Source: a virus. From it: a stretch of 64,000 nucleotides of DNA. Position numbers and translations under genes: made by a program. Positions 9,785-19,348 of the stretch are shown in pieces; the stretch's first letter is position 1; every line of letters starts with the position of its first letter. The notes below the pieces were generated by a model. That model was not told where the DNA came from. It saw only the letters and a list, made by a program, of their open reading frames with translations, and ran no database searches. Where the stretch lies: IMG/VR virus record IMGVR_UViG_3300044641_005643. One strand, 5' to 3'.

Positions 9785-10891
9785 TTATTTACTTGAACCA
9801 GCTGCGGCTAACACATACTTGCCGTAACGCTGATGGAACTCATCGAAGCTTGGCATCTTGCCCGGAACCATTGGCAGGTTGTATGTGGTTAGTGCAACTC
9901 GCGCACCCATAACAGTAACTTCGGTTGTAAAGTTATCCATCATGAATCGCAAGAAGTTGTCAGCCATCTTGTGAAACTCGGCAATCTTGTCCTTGCCATT
10001 TTTTGTGTAATAGTCTTGCAACTCATAACACATACTGGTGGTCAAGCTATACATGGCCGACACTTCTTTGGTCTTGAGTTCTTTGACTTTGCCTGCCAGG
10101 ATGTCTTCGGGTTTGGGCAACGAACCAGCCACTTTGCGGTGAGCCATAAACTTGTGTGCAATACCCTCGCCCACACAGCCTGCAATAAGGTCCGTGAGTT
10201 CTGAAGCACTGACACCTTCGTCGTGGCAGAATTCACTTGCAAAGGTCCAAGTACGCGGTGTAGCAAACGAACGACTGTTGCTACGCGGATCAAAGTCAAA
10301 CATGTCGCTCTTGGCAAAGCTCAAATAACCCACAACATCCGCATGGATCTTGTTCTTTACAGCCCAATTCTGCCATGACTCAAAGTCTGGACGGACCTCC
10401 AAATGCACAAAGCGGTTGGCCAGCGGACTAGGCATACGATATGTAACACCCTTGTCGCTATCTCTGTTACCCGCTGCCACCATTACTACATTGTCTGGCA
10501 AATGATACTTGCCGATGCGACGGTTCAGAATCAACTGATATGCTGCCGCTTGCACAGCCGGCGCCGCCGAGTTCATCTCGTCCAACAGCAATACCACAAT
10601 AGGATATTGTGCTGCAAGTTCTTCGTCAGGCAATTCAATAGGCGGTGCCCAATCCATCTTGCCGTTGTCTTTGTTAAAGAACGGTATGCCGCGAATGTCA
10701 GTGGGCTCCATTTGACTCAGTCGCAAGTCAATCATGTGGCCACCTAGTTCGTGCGTAATGTCGGCAACCACTTCACTCTTGCCAACGCCTGGTGGTCCCC
10801 AAAGGAACATGGGTCGTTTGTGTTTAAACGACCGAAGAATACGACTACGAGCCTCCTCGGGCGTAACCGTACGAGTTTCTGTAACAGCCAT
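9785..10891 (-). CDS. MoxR-like AAA+ ATPase
   Basis: GPPGVGKS Walker A, LLLDEMN Walker B, AAGNR, PLANRF. Confidence 0.88.
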   Translation of the reverse strand: MAVTETRTVTPEEARSRILRSFKHKRPMFLWGPPGVGKSEVVADITHELGGHMIDLRLSQMEPTDIRGIPFFNKDNGKMDWAPPIELPDEELAAQYPIVVLLLDEMNSAAPAVQAAAYQLILNRRIGKYHLPDNVVMVAAGNRDSDKGVTYRMPSPLANRFVHLEVRPDFESWQNWAVKNKIHADVVGYLSFAKSDMFDFDPRSNSRSFATPRTWTFASEFCHDEGVSASELTDLIAGCVGEGIAHKFMAHRKVAGSLPKPEDILAGKVKELKTKEVSAMYSLTTSMCYELQDYYTKNGKDKIAEFHKMADNFLRFMMDNFTTEVTVMGARVALTTYNLPMVPGKMPSFDEFHQRYGKYVLAAAGSSK

Positions 10892-10923
10892 TAAGTTTCT
10901 CCCTTATCAACGTGTGAAGCATT

Positions 10924-10952
10924 ATTATAATGTATTACAGAATTAAGGTCTG
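10924..10952 (-). promoter_or_regulatory. sigma70-like early promoter
   Basis: CAGACC-N17-TATAAT. Confidence 0.55.
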
Positions 10953-10979
10953 TAGCATTTCTGCCACAGACCCTCATTG

Positions 10980-11375
10980 TTAGATGCCGTTCTTTTCGCG
11001 CCATGCATCAGCCTTGACTTTGGCGTCAGCCATCCAAGTGTCAAAGAACTTGGCAGCATCCATGCCTGCTTTGTACTCTTTGGGTACTCGCTTGGCTTTG
11101 ACTGCAACCACTTGAGTAGTCTTTGCAGCCTTAACCTTAACAGTAGCAGGCTTTGCAGCCTTGGCGGCACGAGCTGGCTTTGTAGCAGCGATGCCTTGAC
11201 CATTCAGCCACTCTACTGCTTCATCTTTGCCCATTGCAAACGGCAGTTGAAGCATGTTGATGTCTGTGCAACCAAACCGCTCAAGTGCTTTGGCACGATT
11301 GGCGTCGTTCGCAAACTTATAAACAACTGCGCCATTCTCCGTGCAAGTACCTGCAAAAGTAAAAGTCTTGCTCAT
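10980..11375 (-). CDS. hypothetical early protein with a Lys/Ala-rich segment
   Basis: AGGAGG SD; AATKPARAAKAAKPATVKVKAAK. Confidence 0.75.
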   Translation of the reverse strand: MSKTFTFAGTCTENGAVVYKFANDANRAKALERFGCTDINMLQLPFAMGKDEAVEWLNGQGIAATKPARAAKAAKPATVKVKAAKTTQVVAVKAKRVPKEYKAGMDAAKFFDTWMADAKVKADAWREKNGI

Positions 11376-11407
11376 TTAAAGCCTCCTTGTTAATTGACAA
11401 CATCAAT

Positions 11408-11436
11408 AGTATAGCAAAATGGGCTATTATGGTCTA
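11408..11436 (-). promoter_or_regulatory. sigma70-like early promoter
   Basis: TAGACC-N17-TATACT. Confidence 0.65.
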
Positions 11437-11452
11437 CCATTTTACAGTGTTG

Positions 11453-11668
11453 TTATTTTGCAACACAACGGTATTCTTGCTGATATTGCAACTGTGTGTC
11501 TATTACACGATTTACAACATCAATATATTGTTGCGAATATGTTAAGCTGGGTACAAAAAACGGTGTTGCATAAATGCTACGAATTGCATTTTCGCAACTT
11601 TTTTGTGTGTCATAAGTGCCCATGTAAGCGGGCGGGTTAATTGCTAGTGCTAGTAAAATAAATTTCAT
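11453..11668 (-). CDS. small exported protein, probably translated leaderless
   Basis: MKFILLALA signal-like start 6 nt after the -10 box. Confidence 0.6.
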   Translation of the reverse strand: MKFILLALAINPPAYMGTYDTQKSCENAIRSIYATPFFVPSLTYSQQYIDVVNRVIDTQLQYQQEYRCVAK

Positions 11669-11674
11669 ACTCAA

Positions 11675-11703
11675 ACTATAACAAATTGCCCAATTATGGT
11701 CTA
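11675..11703 (-). promoter_or_regulatory. sigma70-like early promoter
   Basis: TAGACC-N17-TATAGT. Confidence 0.6.
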
Positions 11704-12036
11704 GCGTTTTTTGTGTTGCTTTTTAGCAACAGTTTTGGGTGTTGCTAAAGGTGCAACTTTTGTTGCATTTTTCAAAATATGAAACATGTCTGTTGCTTTT
11801 TTAAAATTAAAATTTGGATGCTTGTACATATAATCAATTTTGCGTTCTAAAACTTGCAAAACTTCTAACAAATCCATTTTTGTTGTAAAATCGCTATCCA
11901 TTAATATTTTGTTAATATCGTGCTTGTCTAACATATACTCTACCCATTTTGTTGTAGCGGGTATTTTGTAATATTGTACTATTGCTTTTTTGTTATTGCT
12001 GGTTGCATATTTGTTAATGTAAGTACGTGCTAACAT
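11701..12036 (-). CDS. hypothetical basic protein
   Basis: AGGAGG SD before MLART. Confidence 0.75.
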   Translation of the reverse strand: MLARTYINKYATSNNKKAIVQYYKIPATTKWVEYMLDKHDINKILMDSDFTTKMDLLEVLQVLERKIDYMYKHPNFNFKKATDMFHILKNATKVAPLATPKTVAKKQHKKR

Positions 12037-12062
12037 ACAGCCTCCTTTTAACAAGACTGTAT

Positions 12063-12091
12063 ATTATATGCAAAACGTGAATTATGTGCAA
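12063..12091 (-). promoter_or_regulatory. sigma70-like early promoter
   Basis: TTGCAC-N17-TATAAT. Confidence 0.65.
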
Positions 12092-12097
12092 CGGTTG

Positions 12098-12463
12098 TTA
12101 AAGTTGCAAGTTGTCCAAGTACTGTTGCAAATTGTCCGCATGTAATTTGAGCATTACAGTTTCTTGTTCGCCTAACAGTACCACAAGATCAAGTTTCTGT
12201 ATATAGTACGGACAAGTCATCAGGCGACCAAGTTGTATGAGCGTTCTATTTCGTAAAGGTTCGGACAGCACACATTCATACACAGGGATCCGAGTAAATT
12301 TACGAATAAACTGTATTCCGGATTTGCTTAACCTGAGTGTGTTTGGATCAGTATGATTCCACCACCAAACTTTTATATACTGCGAATATTCTGCAACATC
12401 CCGACCTGCGGCCCTAAGGATGCCGGCGGTGTAATCGTGCTGATTATGGGTAGATTTGGTCAC
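12098..12463 (-). CDS. hypothetical protein
   Basis: ORF in operon. Confidence 0.65.
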   Translation of the reverse strand: MTKSTHNQHDYTAGILRAAGRDVAEYSQYIKVWWWNHTDPNTLRLSKSGIQFIRKFTRIPVYECVLSEPLRNRTLIQLGRLMTCPYYIQKLDLVVLLGEQETVMLKLHADNLQQYLDNLQL

Positions 12464-12731
12464 CTTGTTTCATTAGGACCACGGTGAATTTGTCGGTCTT
12501 GAACAGAGTGTTGAGTTTTTTTGCTAGATTGATAGCATGCCCGCTATTACTAAAACTTACCTTTTTGTATTTGGGACCAGGATAAGCTACCAACATGTTA
12601 GAGCTTTTAAGATTGATTGGTTTGTTGTCGTAGAATACTGCCCAAATTCCTTCGCTGCTGAGAACTTGATCGCTTTTGTAGTTAGATTTATTTACATGTT
12701 CTAACAATACTGTGGGTTTAGGTCTAGACAT
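12444..12731 (-). CDS. hypothetical protein
   Basis: AAGGA SD; TAAATA at 12752-12757. Confidence 0.8.
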   Translation of the reverse strand: MSRPKPTVLLEHVNKSNYKSDQVLSSEGIWAVFYDNKPINLKSSNMLVAYPGPKYKKVSFSNSGHAINLAKKLNTLFKTDKFTVVLMKQGDQIYP

Positions 12732-12780
12732 ACTTGAGTTCCTTGACTATATATTTATGCTAAAATATGGGTAGTTTAAG

Positions 12781-12990
12781 TTAAAAACCGCCACCGTCAA
12801 GGCTTATGTTTGTGGGCTGCTCGGGTTCTCTAGTGTTTTGCATTTCTGCTAGATTGGCCAACAAATTAAATATGTCTGCATGCAGGTTCCTTGCTTCTTC
12901 TGCACTCAAACTCAATTGTTTGCTGCCAGTCTGATTCATGACCTTTACACGGTCATTAAAATTTTTAACTGCTAAACTTAATTTTTGCAT
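12781..12990 (-). CDS. hypothetical protein
   Basis: ORF in operon. Confidence 0.65.
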   Translation of the reverse strand: MQKLSLAVKNFNDRVKVMNQTGSKQLSLSAEEARNLHADIFNLLANLAEMQNTREPEQPTNISLDGGGF

Positions 12991-13438
12991 GGTGTTCTTT
13001 CATGGCCTCTTTGGTTTCAAATGGCCCTTGGAATTGGTATCTACTCAATGTAATGTTCTTGGGACAATAGTGTTCGGACCAGGTACCGTTGAGTTTGATT
13101 AGGTAGTATCCGGCACAGAACAAACTTTTACTTTTTGCAGTCTTGCTATAAATGGGCAGGCGTCTTTGAACATCCCATACTTCATTGTAAAACTTGCCCG
13201 ACACAGGATAACCATAAACTGTTCGACCGTGTTCTTTTTTGGCCTTGTCCGCAGATCCGAACTTGATATTGTGTTTCTGTTTGAGGTTTTTTACACTGGC
13301 AAAAAATTCTCGTTGTTCGTCATGCACATACACGAACCCGCCATCAGCTCTGGCCTGGATGGTAGCAATCTTTTGGCCGCGATCTTCTACGACCCAAAAT
13401 TTATTTTTTATAACTGGTTTGGCTACTCGTTCGGTCAT
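12965..13438 (-). CDS. hypothetical protein
   Basis: ORF in operon. Confidence 0.75.
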   Translation of the reverse strand: MTERVAKPVIKNKFWVVEDRGQKIATIQARADGGFVYVHDEQREFFASVKNLKQKHNIKFGSADKAKKEHGRTVYGYPVSGKFYNEVWDVQRRLPIYSKTAKSKSLFCAGYYLIKLNGTWSEHYCPKNITLSRYQFQGPFETKEAMKEHHAKIKFSS

Positions 13439-13728
13439 GTTTTCGCCAGTGTATGATGAATCACAATCTTGCCTAACTCTTGTCCTAGATCTTTAGTGTC
13501 GTCGATCACATACATGTCGCCTTCGTTACCATAACCATTTGATACTCTAACAACATAGCCGCCGTGGGCAGTATGTACGTCAAATGATATTTTTTTATTT
13601 GGTAGTTTTTTATCTCCAGACCATGGGTTTAAATCAACTTGTGTGTAAATATCGCTCACAGTAAGCGGGCCTAGTGTGGCAGGCGAACTGCCGGCCATGT
13701 TCATTGTATAGGTAGTTGATGAACTCAT
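13435..13728 (-). CDS. hypothetical protein
   Basis: ATGA-coupled ORF; C-terminus resembles that of 13725-14000. Confidence 0.7.
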   Translation of the reverse strand: MSSSTTYTMNMAGSSPATLGPLTVSDIYTQVDLNPWSGDKKLPNKKISFDVHTAHGGYVVRVSNGYGNEGDMYVIDDTKDLGQELGKIVIHHTLAKT

Positions 13729-14000
13729 AGTTTCATTTGCTCTAACATAATTGCATGTGCCACTTGTCTGGCAAAATCTTCATCGTCGTGAATCATGTAC
13801 AGTGTGCCTTCGGTACGATCGGTTTTGGGATTATAATTACGAGATTCGAGAATATGACCACCCACTGCTTGATACAAACAAAAGTTCATACCGTTTTGTG
13901 CAGGTGCCGATCTATCTCTTTCTACTACCGTGGCTCGACTCATTTTAATTTCGTCTTCCTCATCGAGCCAACGGCGTAATTTTCGTCGTAACCAGTTCAT
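13725..14000 (-). CDS. hypothetical protein
   Basis: GGAGG SD before MNWLRR. Confidence 0.7.
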   Translation of the reverse strand: MNWLRRKLRRWLDEEDEIKMSRATVVERDRSAPAQNGMNFCLYQAVGGHILESRNYNPKTDRTEGTLYMIHDDEDFARQVAHAIMLEQMKL

Positions 14001-14341
14001 TGTTTTTCTTCCTCCATGCATAACACCTTCATGATTTCAAACTTGTCATTTAAATCTTTCAAGCCAGGGTGTCGATCCATTAGATCCTTGAGTTGTGCGT
14101 CTTGTTGCATTTTGTCACGTGCCCATTCTAATATTTTTGTTGTTTCTGTGGTCAAATTTATTGTGACAGTGTTGGCCAACACATGCCAAGTTAGACCATT
14201 ATAAACTTCTACTTCACCGTTGTTTGGATTGTATCTCAAATGACCGGCACTCAAAGCACCCGGACTGAATTGATGTTGCGCCGGTGAATAGGATTGATGT
14301 ATTGCAAAATAATCTTGGTTACTGTGAATATTTTTAATCAT
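13997..14341 (-). CDS. hypothetical protein
   Basis: Start moved to MIKNIH (ATGA overlap). Confidence 0.65.
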   Translation of the reverse strand: MIKNIHSNQDYFAIHQSYSPAQHQFSPGALSAGHLRYNPNNGEVEVYNGLTWHVLANTVTINLTTETTKILEWARDKMQQDAQLKDLMDRHPGLKDLNDKFEIMKVLCMEEEKQ

Positions 14342-14712
14342 ATGTAATCCGCAGTTAAAAATGTTACTGTAAATCCAATGATCAAGTAAATCATTGCATG
14401 TAAGAATTGATCCAGGCCAATCCACAACCAAAAGGCGTTTGAATCCACACTCAAACGCACAGTGGCTCTACGATGCATGTAGTCAAAGATATAATGCATT
14501 ACACTATCAAACACGGCAATTATTATGCAGGCCTGTATGTTTAAAAAGTGCATGAGTATCACATAGGTAAGAGCACCATGCAGTCCCGCATGTTGAAGGC
14601 CACCCAATCTACCCAGGTGACCTTTGTCCTTAATCATACGATCACTTTGCCAACAGAAGTCTGCTAGAAAGTGTTTAAAAAATAATAGAGCTAATACTAG
14701 CCAAGTTATCAT
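14338..14712 (-). CDS. DUF3307-like membrane protein
   Basis: HFLADF.WQ, H...H, H..FD, GLDQFLH. Confidence 0.75.
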   Translation of the reverse strand: MITWLVLALLFFKHFLADFCWQSDRMIKDKGHLGRLGGLQHAGLHGALTYVILMHFLNIQACIIIAVFDSVMHYIFDYMHRRATVRLSVDSNAFWLWIGLDQFLHAMIYLIIGFTVTFLTADYI

Positions 14713-15779
14713 CGGTTAACTAAATCTTCTTTTTTAAAAAATTTTAACTTTTTACTAGTAGCAAATATTTCGTTATTCGTTTTCACCTCTGGACAAAATT
14801 TGCATTGATCAATTGGCAACACCGAATTATCAAAAAACGCTTGCAATTCCTTGATACTCATATTTGAGTTTCCTGGGATATATGAATAAAAAAGTTTTCT
14901 ATCCTCGTCAGTTACATCTATACTGAATTGACTATCTAATGTAGCAAAATGGCCCACTGTGTTACACTTATAAATTTTTCCTTCATATACTTCCATACAT
15001 AATTTATGTTCGCAACTTTCGTGCGCTATAATAGGATTACTGTTATGCACTTTAATTTTACTTGGAAACTCGTCAAAAATCAAGGCTCCATTTTCGAAGT
15101 AGTTAATTTTTTTTGCCGTTATTGTTACATTGTTACTGTCAACAAATTTGTAACCTTGTAACTGATCTGCAAACTTATCCGGGGAAAAATTGAAAACTTC
15201 CTGACATTCCTTCTTAATGTAATCTGGCAAATTTTGCCAGTCATCAAAACTATTACAATTTGGCCAACTATCAGCTTTGATATTATTATAGGAGTTCTTC
15301 CAATTTGTGAAAAATGAATTTATATCTTCAAGATTATCCGGATATCTTGTTGTTTGCACCGGTGGCACTAACCACGACGTAGTTACATTATTAACAAATT
15401 CTTCAATAAAGTTTATATTATGTAAACTTACAGATAATGAGACTCGTCCGTTAGTAGAAGCTACTAAATCATACAATTTTTTATTACCAGGGACAATCGT
15501 TGAACCGTTAGTAATTATTTTACCAGTAGCATCCGGAAAGTATCTAATTAAACCCAATACCCAATCTTGATATGAAGGATTAAGAGTAGGCTCGCCTCCT
15601 TCTAATTGCCATTTTTTGAGATCTATTAGATCGGCATACTTTGCAATGATATACTCGTAATCTTTCCAGTATTGATGACCAGTAACATTTAAATTACTAA
15701 GAGTATAACAATCTGTACAATTTAAATTACAGTAATTTGTAATATTAAATACTAAGGTATCAATTTTTATTTTTAACAT
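14709..15779 (-). CDS. radical SAM protein with a Cys-rich C-terminus
   Basis: CNLNCTDC, GGEPTL, ITNG; C-terminal C..C..C..CKFC. Confidence 0.88.
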   Translation of the reverse strand: MLKIKIDTLVFNITNYCNLNCTDCYTLSNLNVTGHQYWKDYEYIIAKYADLIDLKKWQLEGGEPTLNPSYQDWVLGLIRYFPDATGKIITNGSTIVPGNKKLYDLVASTNGRVSLSVSLHNINFIEEFVNNVTTSWLVPPVQTTRYPDNLEDINSFFTNWKNSYNNIKADSWPNCNSFDDWQNLPDYIKKECQEVFNFSPDKFADQLQGYKFVDSNNVTITAKKINYFENGALIFDEFPSKIKVHNSNPIIAHESCEHKLCMEVYEGKIYKCNTVGHFATLDSQFSIDVTDEDRKLFYSYIPGNSNMSIKELQAFFDNSVLPIDQCKFCPEVKTNNEIFATSKKLKFFKKEDLVNR

Positions 15780-15901
15780 GGATTGTTAAAGATTGTACTT
15801 TCGTCTTTGCTATTTGTAGGCATTGGTTGCGGATCATTTATTATTTTGTAAATTTCTTTGCTATCTTTAAAAAAAGTTGCATGACTGAATGGAAAAATCA
15901 T
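15773..15901 (-). CDS. 42-aa peptide upstream of the radical SAM gene (not in the ORF track)
   Basis: MIFPFSHATFFKDSKEIYKIINDPQPMPTNSKDESTIFNNPC; fills the gap exactly and overlaps both neighbours. Confidence 0.45.
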   Translation of the reverse strand: MIFPFSHATFFKDSKEIYKIINDPQPMPTNSKDESTIFNNPC

Positions 15902-16887
15902 CCTGGATACTCCGCGCCTAAAAATTCACTAAAACTTGAACTTTGCTCACTTAGTCTATTCAGCTCGTATTTGCCACAGAACTTCAAGAACTGTGCGCCT
16001 ACCATTGGACGACTCTTCTTAACAGCACCTGCTGTTATAGTTTCTGCAATCTTAGACTTAATCTCTGGCGGTTGTGCAGTAAGATCCACTAGTACTCGAT
16101 TGCGTTCATAGTCATCTAGCACTCGATGTTCCACACCGTTGTGATCGGTCCATCTTTGAAGCATAAGGTTATTCCAAGCATATCCTTTTTTATGTTTGTC
16201 AGCAAAAGCTTCAGTGAGACCAATTTTGTTCTTGGAGCCCTTGGTCCTGACACCCGGATATGCGCTAAAGATATTATCTGTTGGATCTCCGCGCATACAC
16301 TTCTCAAACAAGATCCATTGCGGATCAGGTATCACTTTGGGTTCTTTGGTTTTCTTATCAATGACCAGTTTGCCTTTTTTGTCTAAAATACCTGCCAGCG
16401 TGTGTAGTTCGTCACTAACACCGTTGTATTGCTCGACATTCGGCGCCAATAGCTGGTAGAAATCGGTGTCGGAAGATATAATAACGTGATGGTCATTGGG
16501 GTGTGCGTGTATGAATCCTGCAATAAGATCATCTGCTTCAAGCTCTGGATGTTGAAGAACTGTGCAATTAGTCTTTTCTGACAGGAACGTTTTAAGGTTA
16601 TCAAACGCTTCCCAAAAAAGTCGGTCCTCCTCCTGCTCGGCTTCAGTGAGGGCTGCACGAGCAACTGCACGATTCTTTTTGTACGGCTCATAGAAATCTT
16701 TTCGCCAACTTCGTCCCTCCAAACAGAATACCACATGATCGGCTTTCTGATCCCGCCAAGCCTTATTAACCGAACCGAGGGTAACATGGATAGCGAATCC
16801 TAATCTATCCCATGTGTCCGATTGACGGTGGGCCGAATGACGAGCACGAAAGAATGTGTTTGCAGTATCTACAATTAAATATCTCAT
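15898..16887 (-). CDS. rnh: T4 RNase H-like 5'-3' flap exonuclease
   Basis: LIVD, WRKDFY..YK.NR, EADDLI, SSDTDF.QL, GD.TDNI. Confidence 0.88.
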   Translation of the reverse strand: MRYLIVDTANTFFRARHSAHRQSDTWDRLGFAIHVTLGSVNKAWRDQKADHVVFCLEGRSWRKDFYEPYKKNRAVARAALTEAEQEEDRLFWEAFDNLKTFLSEKTNCTVLQHPELEADDLIAGFIHAHPNDHHVIISSDTDFYQLLAPNVEQYNGVSDELHTLAGILDKKGKLVIDKKTKEPKVIPDPQWILFEKCMRGDPTDNIFSAYPGVRTKGSKNKIGLTEAFADKHKKGYAWNNLMLQRWTDHNGVEHRVLDDYERNRVLVDLTAQPPEIKSKIAETITAGAVKKSRPMVGAQFLKFCGKYELNRLSEQSSSFSEFLGAEYPG

Positions 16888-16893
16888 ACATTA

Positions 16894-16922
16894 ATAGTAG
16901 CATATTATAATAACCTGGTCAA
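16894..16922 (-). promoter_or_regulatory. sigma70-like promoter, leaderless start
   Basis: TTGACC-N17-TACTAT, ATG 6 nt downstream. Confidence 0.55.
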
Positions 16923-17585
16923 GCGTGGTAAAAGAAATTCTGCCCATTTTCTATGCGCATCTGCTCTAAAATGGTAAGATTGATTTGATTCAAATCCCCG
17001 GTCCGACAGCCATTTATAATATGTCATGTCCGGATCGTATGGGTCTATGTATGAGTCATGCCATTTCAAAGGGTCTTGATTGCGGAAATCATTGTAGGTA
17101 TTAAAGAACAAATGCGGTATTTTTAAATCAGATAATTCAGTGTGTAGTTCGTGTATTTGGTTGTGTGCTAGCTTGGTAGCTTTGTTCCAATCCAAATTAG
17201 CAACATAATGTGTATATTTTTCTTTGATTGAATCGGGCCAGTCCGATCCAACACCACCTGCATTGACTTGCCAATATGCACCATCATGTAACCATTCTTC
17301 TCGTTCCCAGGTACTCCAACCAATTATGATGACATCTGGTTTGTTATTTTTTATGTATTCTCGTGTGGTTCTAATAATTCTTGAATTTGAACTAGCAGAT
17401 TCTGCATCACAATGTAATATGGCAAATAGTTCATTGGCTATATTACAACCATAGCTGGCTCGTTCATTGTCTGGATGGGGAATACGACCCAGGCTATAGA
17501 AAAATGGATCGTCTTCGGCAAAACAGTAGTCATTTACTGCTTCGGCTCCGGCACTATGGCTATCACCATTCACGTAGAGAATCAT
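16905..17585 (-). CDS. SGNH/GDSL hydrolase-like protein
   Basis: YVNGDSHSAG, SN.RIIR, C-terminal H..A.AH. Confidence 0.65.
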   Translation of the reverse strand: MILYVNGDSHSAGAEAVNDYCFAEDDPFFYSLGRIPHPDNERASYGCNIANELFAILHCDAESASSNSRIIRTTREYIKNNKPDVIIIGWSTWEREEWLHDGAYWQVNAGGVGSDWPDSIKEKYTHYVANLDWNKATKLAHNQIHELHTELSDLKIPHLFFNTYNDFRNQDPLKWHDSYIDPYDPDMTYYKWLSDRGFESNQSYHFRADAHRKWAEFLLPRLTRLL

Positions 17586-17980
17586 GAGATCTCGGTACGC
17601 CCATTCCCTAAATCATTTCTATCTACCCGTCTTGGTCTTGCATCATATGGTTGATTGGCTTCCCATTGTTCAAAGTTTTCGTTTAGGATATTGCGACAAA
17701 TACTTTGAAACCAACGATCCACAATCTGATCATCGGTGTCGTCTTTGCGTTGCATGTAACCGGCCTTGACCAGTCTAGCAACAAATACGTCATTCCAATC
17801 TAGTTCAAATGACCCATTACCAATATCGTCAGGATCCAGTTCCACACTTAAAATACTGATATATGGCTCGCCTGCTTCGGTAGCAATCTCTTTGGCTGTT
17901 TTTGCTTTGGTTTTGACTTTTGGTGCTTCTGATTTTGCTTCAGGTTTTGCTTCTGGTCGTTTCTTTAACCAATCGAACAT
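17582..17980 (-). CDS. hypothetical protein
   Basis: ORF coupled to queE. Confidence 0.75.
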   Translation of the reverse strand: MFDWLKKRPEAKPEAKSEAPKVKTKAKTAKEIATEAGEPYISILSVELDPDDIGNGSFELDWNDVFVARLVKAGYMQRKDDTDDQIVDRWFQSICRNILNENFEQWEANQPYDARPRRVDRNDLGNGRTEIS

Positions 17981-18828
17981 TATGTCCCCCATTCGTTCTT
18001 GAACAACGGTACTTGTAATCTATCACTATATCTTAATCCATGTTTCATTGCTAGTAGTGCAACTGCTCTATTGTTTAGCGAATATATACTTTCTACCCCA
18101 CCAACCGGCATCAGATATACGGATCCTCTAAATCCAGCATCTCTATATACTTTGACTGCTTTTAATGCATCAGCAACATCTTCTTCGGTAGCAACAACAA
18201 ATTTCAAGTATGTGTGGCCAACAGTTTGGTATCGATAAACAACGTCAGGACGTATGGCTTCTGACCATGTCTCACCACTAGCTGGCAGCTTGGCACTCAC
18301 ACTAAATGTAACTTCACGGCTTAAATTCAAGCCCGGCATTTGCCATTCCATTAGATATTCAACAAATTCTTCAGATAATTCTTGTGTGCCGTTAGTTTCA
18401 AAAGTAATTTCTTTTAGCTTGCGCATACGTGGATGATTCAACAAATCTGGATAAGCACGTTGCCAACCTAGCAATGGTTCTCCTCCGGTGATAACAAGAT
18501 GCTCATCTCGCCATTTGCCATGAGGCAGTATCTCCATGATACGATCCACAACTGCATTACTTGTTAGTACAGGACTAAGATCTTTAAATCTAGGATCCCA
18601 TGATGCATAACTGTCACATCCAGTTGATACTAAAGGCAGTTGTTCATACTTGGTATATTTGTCAGGATCTACACTGTCAGCTTCTTTACTTAGCTGGCCT
18701 CTAGGCATGCCAAAACCAGCACATTTAAAGTTACAGCCAAATGTACGCAGGAACACACTAGGTACCCCCATATATCTGCCTTCGCCTTGTATTGAATAAA
18801 ACAGTTCTGCTACTTTGATTTTACTCAT
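17980..18828 (-). CDS. queE: 7-carboxy-7-deazaguanine synthase (radical SAM)
   Basis: ELFYSIQGEG, FLRTFGCNFKC...CD, VITGGEP, ETNGT, RLQV. Confidence 0.92.
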   Translation of the reverse strand: MSKIKVAELFYSIQGEGRYMGVPSVFLRTFGCNFKCAGFGMPRGQLSKEADSVDPDKYTKYEQLPLVSTGCDSYASWDPRFKDLSPVLTSNAVVDRIMEILPHGKWRDEHLVITGGEPLLGWQRAYPDLLNHPRMRKLKEITFETNGTQELSEEFVEYLMEWQMPGLNLSREVTFSVSAKLPASGETWSEAIRPDVVYRYQTVGHTYLKFVVATEEDVADALKAVKVYRDAGFRGSVYLMPVGGVESIYSLNNRAVALLAMKHGLRYSDRLQVPLFKNEWGT

Positions 18829-19343
18829 ACAAACAAGTCCTCATTCCATTCACGATGACCTTCACGAAATGCCATATTGCTTTGAGTTTCGCGTACTTCT
18901 ACTCGATAGCACCACAAACGTTCTGCTTCGCTCGGACCCCACATGTCAGGAATATACACTCCATTAACATATTTGTACAACATGTCTGCCAGTCCTTCAC
19001 AACCCAGTCTTGGTAATACAGTGAGCTTGGCCAACTTTTTTTCTTGTAACAGTTTAAAAGTTTCAAGTTCGGGATCGTCTTGTGCTACCAGCAAGGTATG
19101 GTCAAATTGGTCTTCTAGTATAGATTTAAGTTCTTTGAGACCACCATAGTCAGCGGCCCAGTTACGTACATCTAAATGATCTGTGCCAAAGAAAAACTTC
19201 ATACTAAATGAATAGCCATGAATTAGATTGCAGTGACTGTCGGCTCGCCATTGTCTATACGCACACGGAAATGCGTCATGGTATTCTTTCGTAGAAGTAT
19301 ATTTGTAAGTGCGTGGTTGTTGTATTTCGTTAAGATAAAGCAT
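18825..19343 (-). CDS. queD: 6-carboxy-5,6,7,8-tetrahydropterin synthase
   Basis: CNLIHGY, DYGGLK, FDHTLL, GCEGLA, VRET. Confidence 0.88.
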   Translation of the reverse strand: MLYLNEIQQPRTYKYTSTKEYHDAFPCAYRQWRADSHCNLIHGYSFSMKFFFGTDHLDVRNWAADYGGLKELKSILEDQFDHTLLVAQDDPELETFKLLQEKKLAKLTVLPRLGCEGLADMLYKYVNGVYIPDMWGPSEAERLWCYRVEVRETQSNMAFREGHREWNEDLFV

Positions 19344-19348
19344 TTTAT

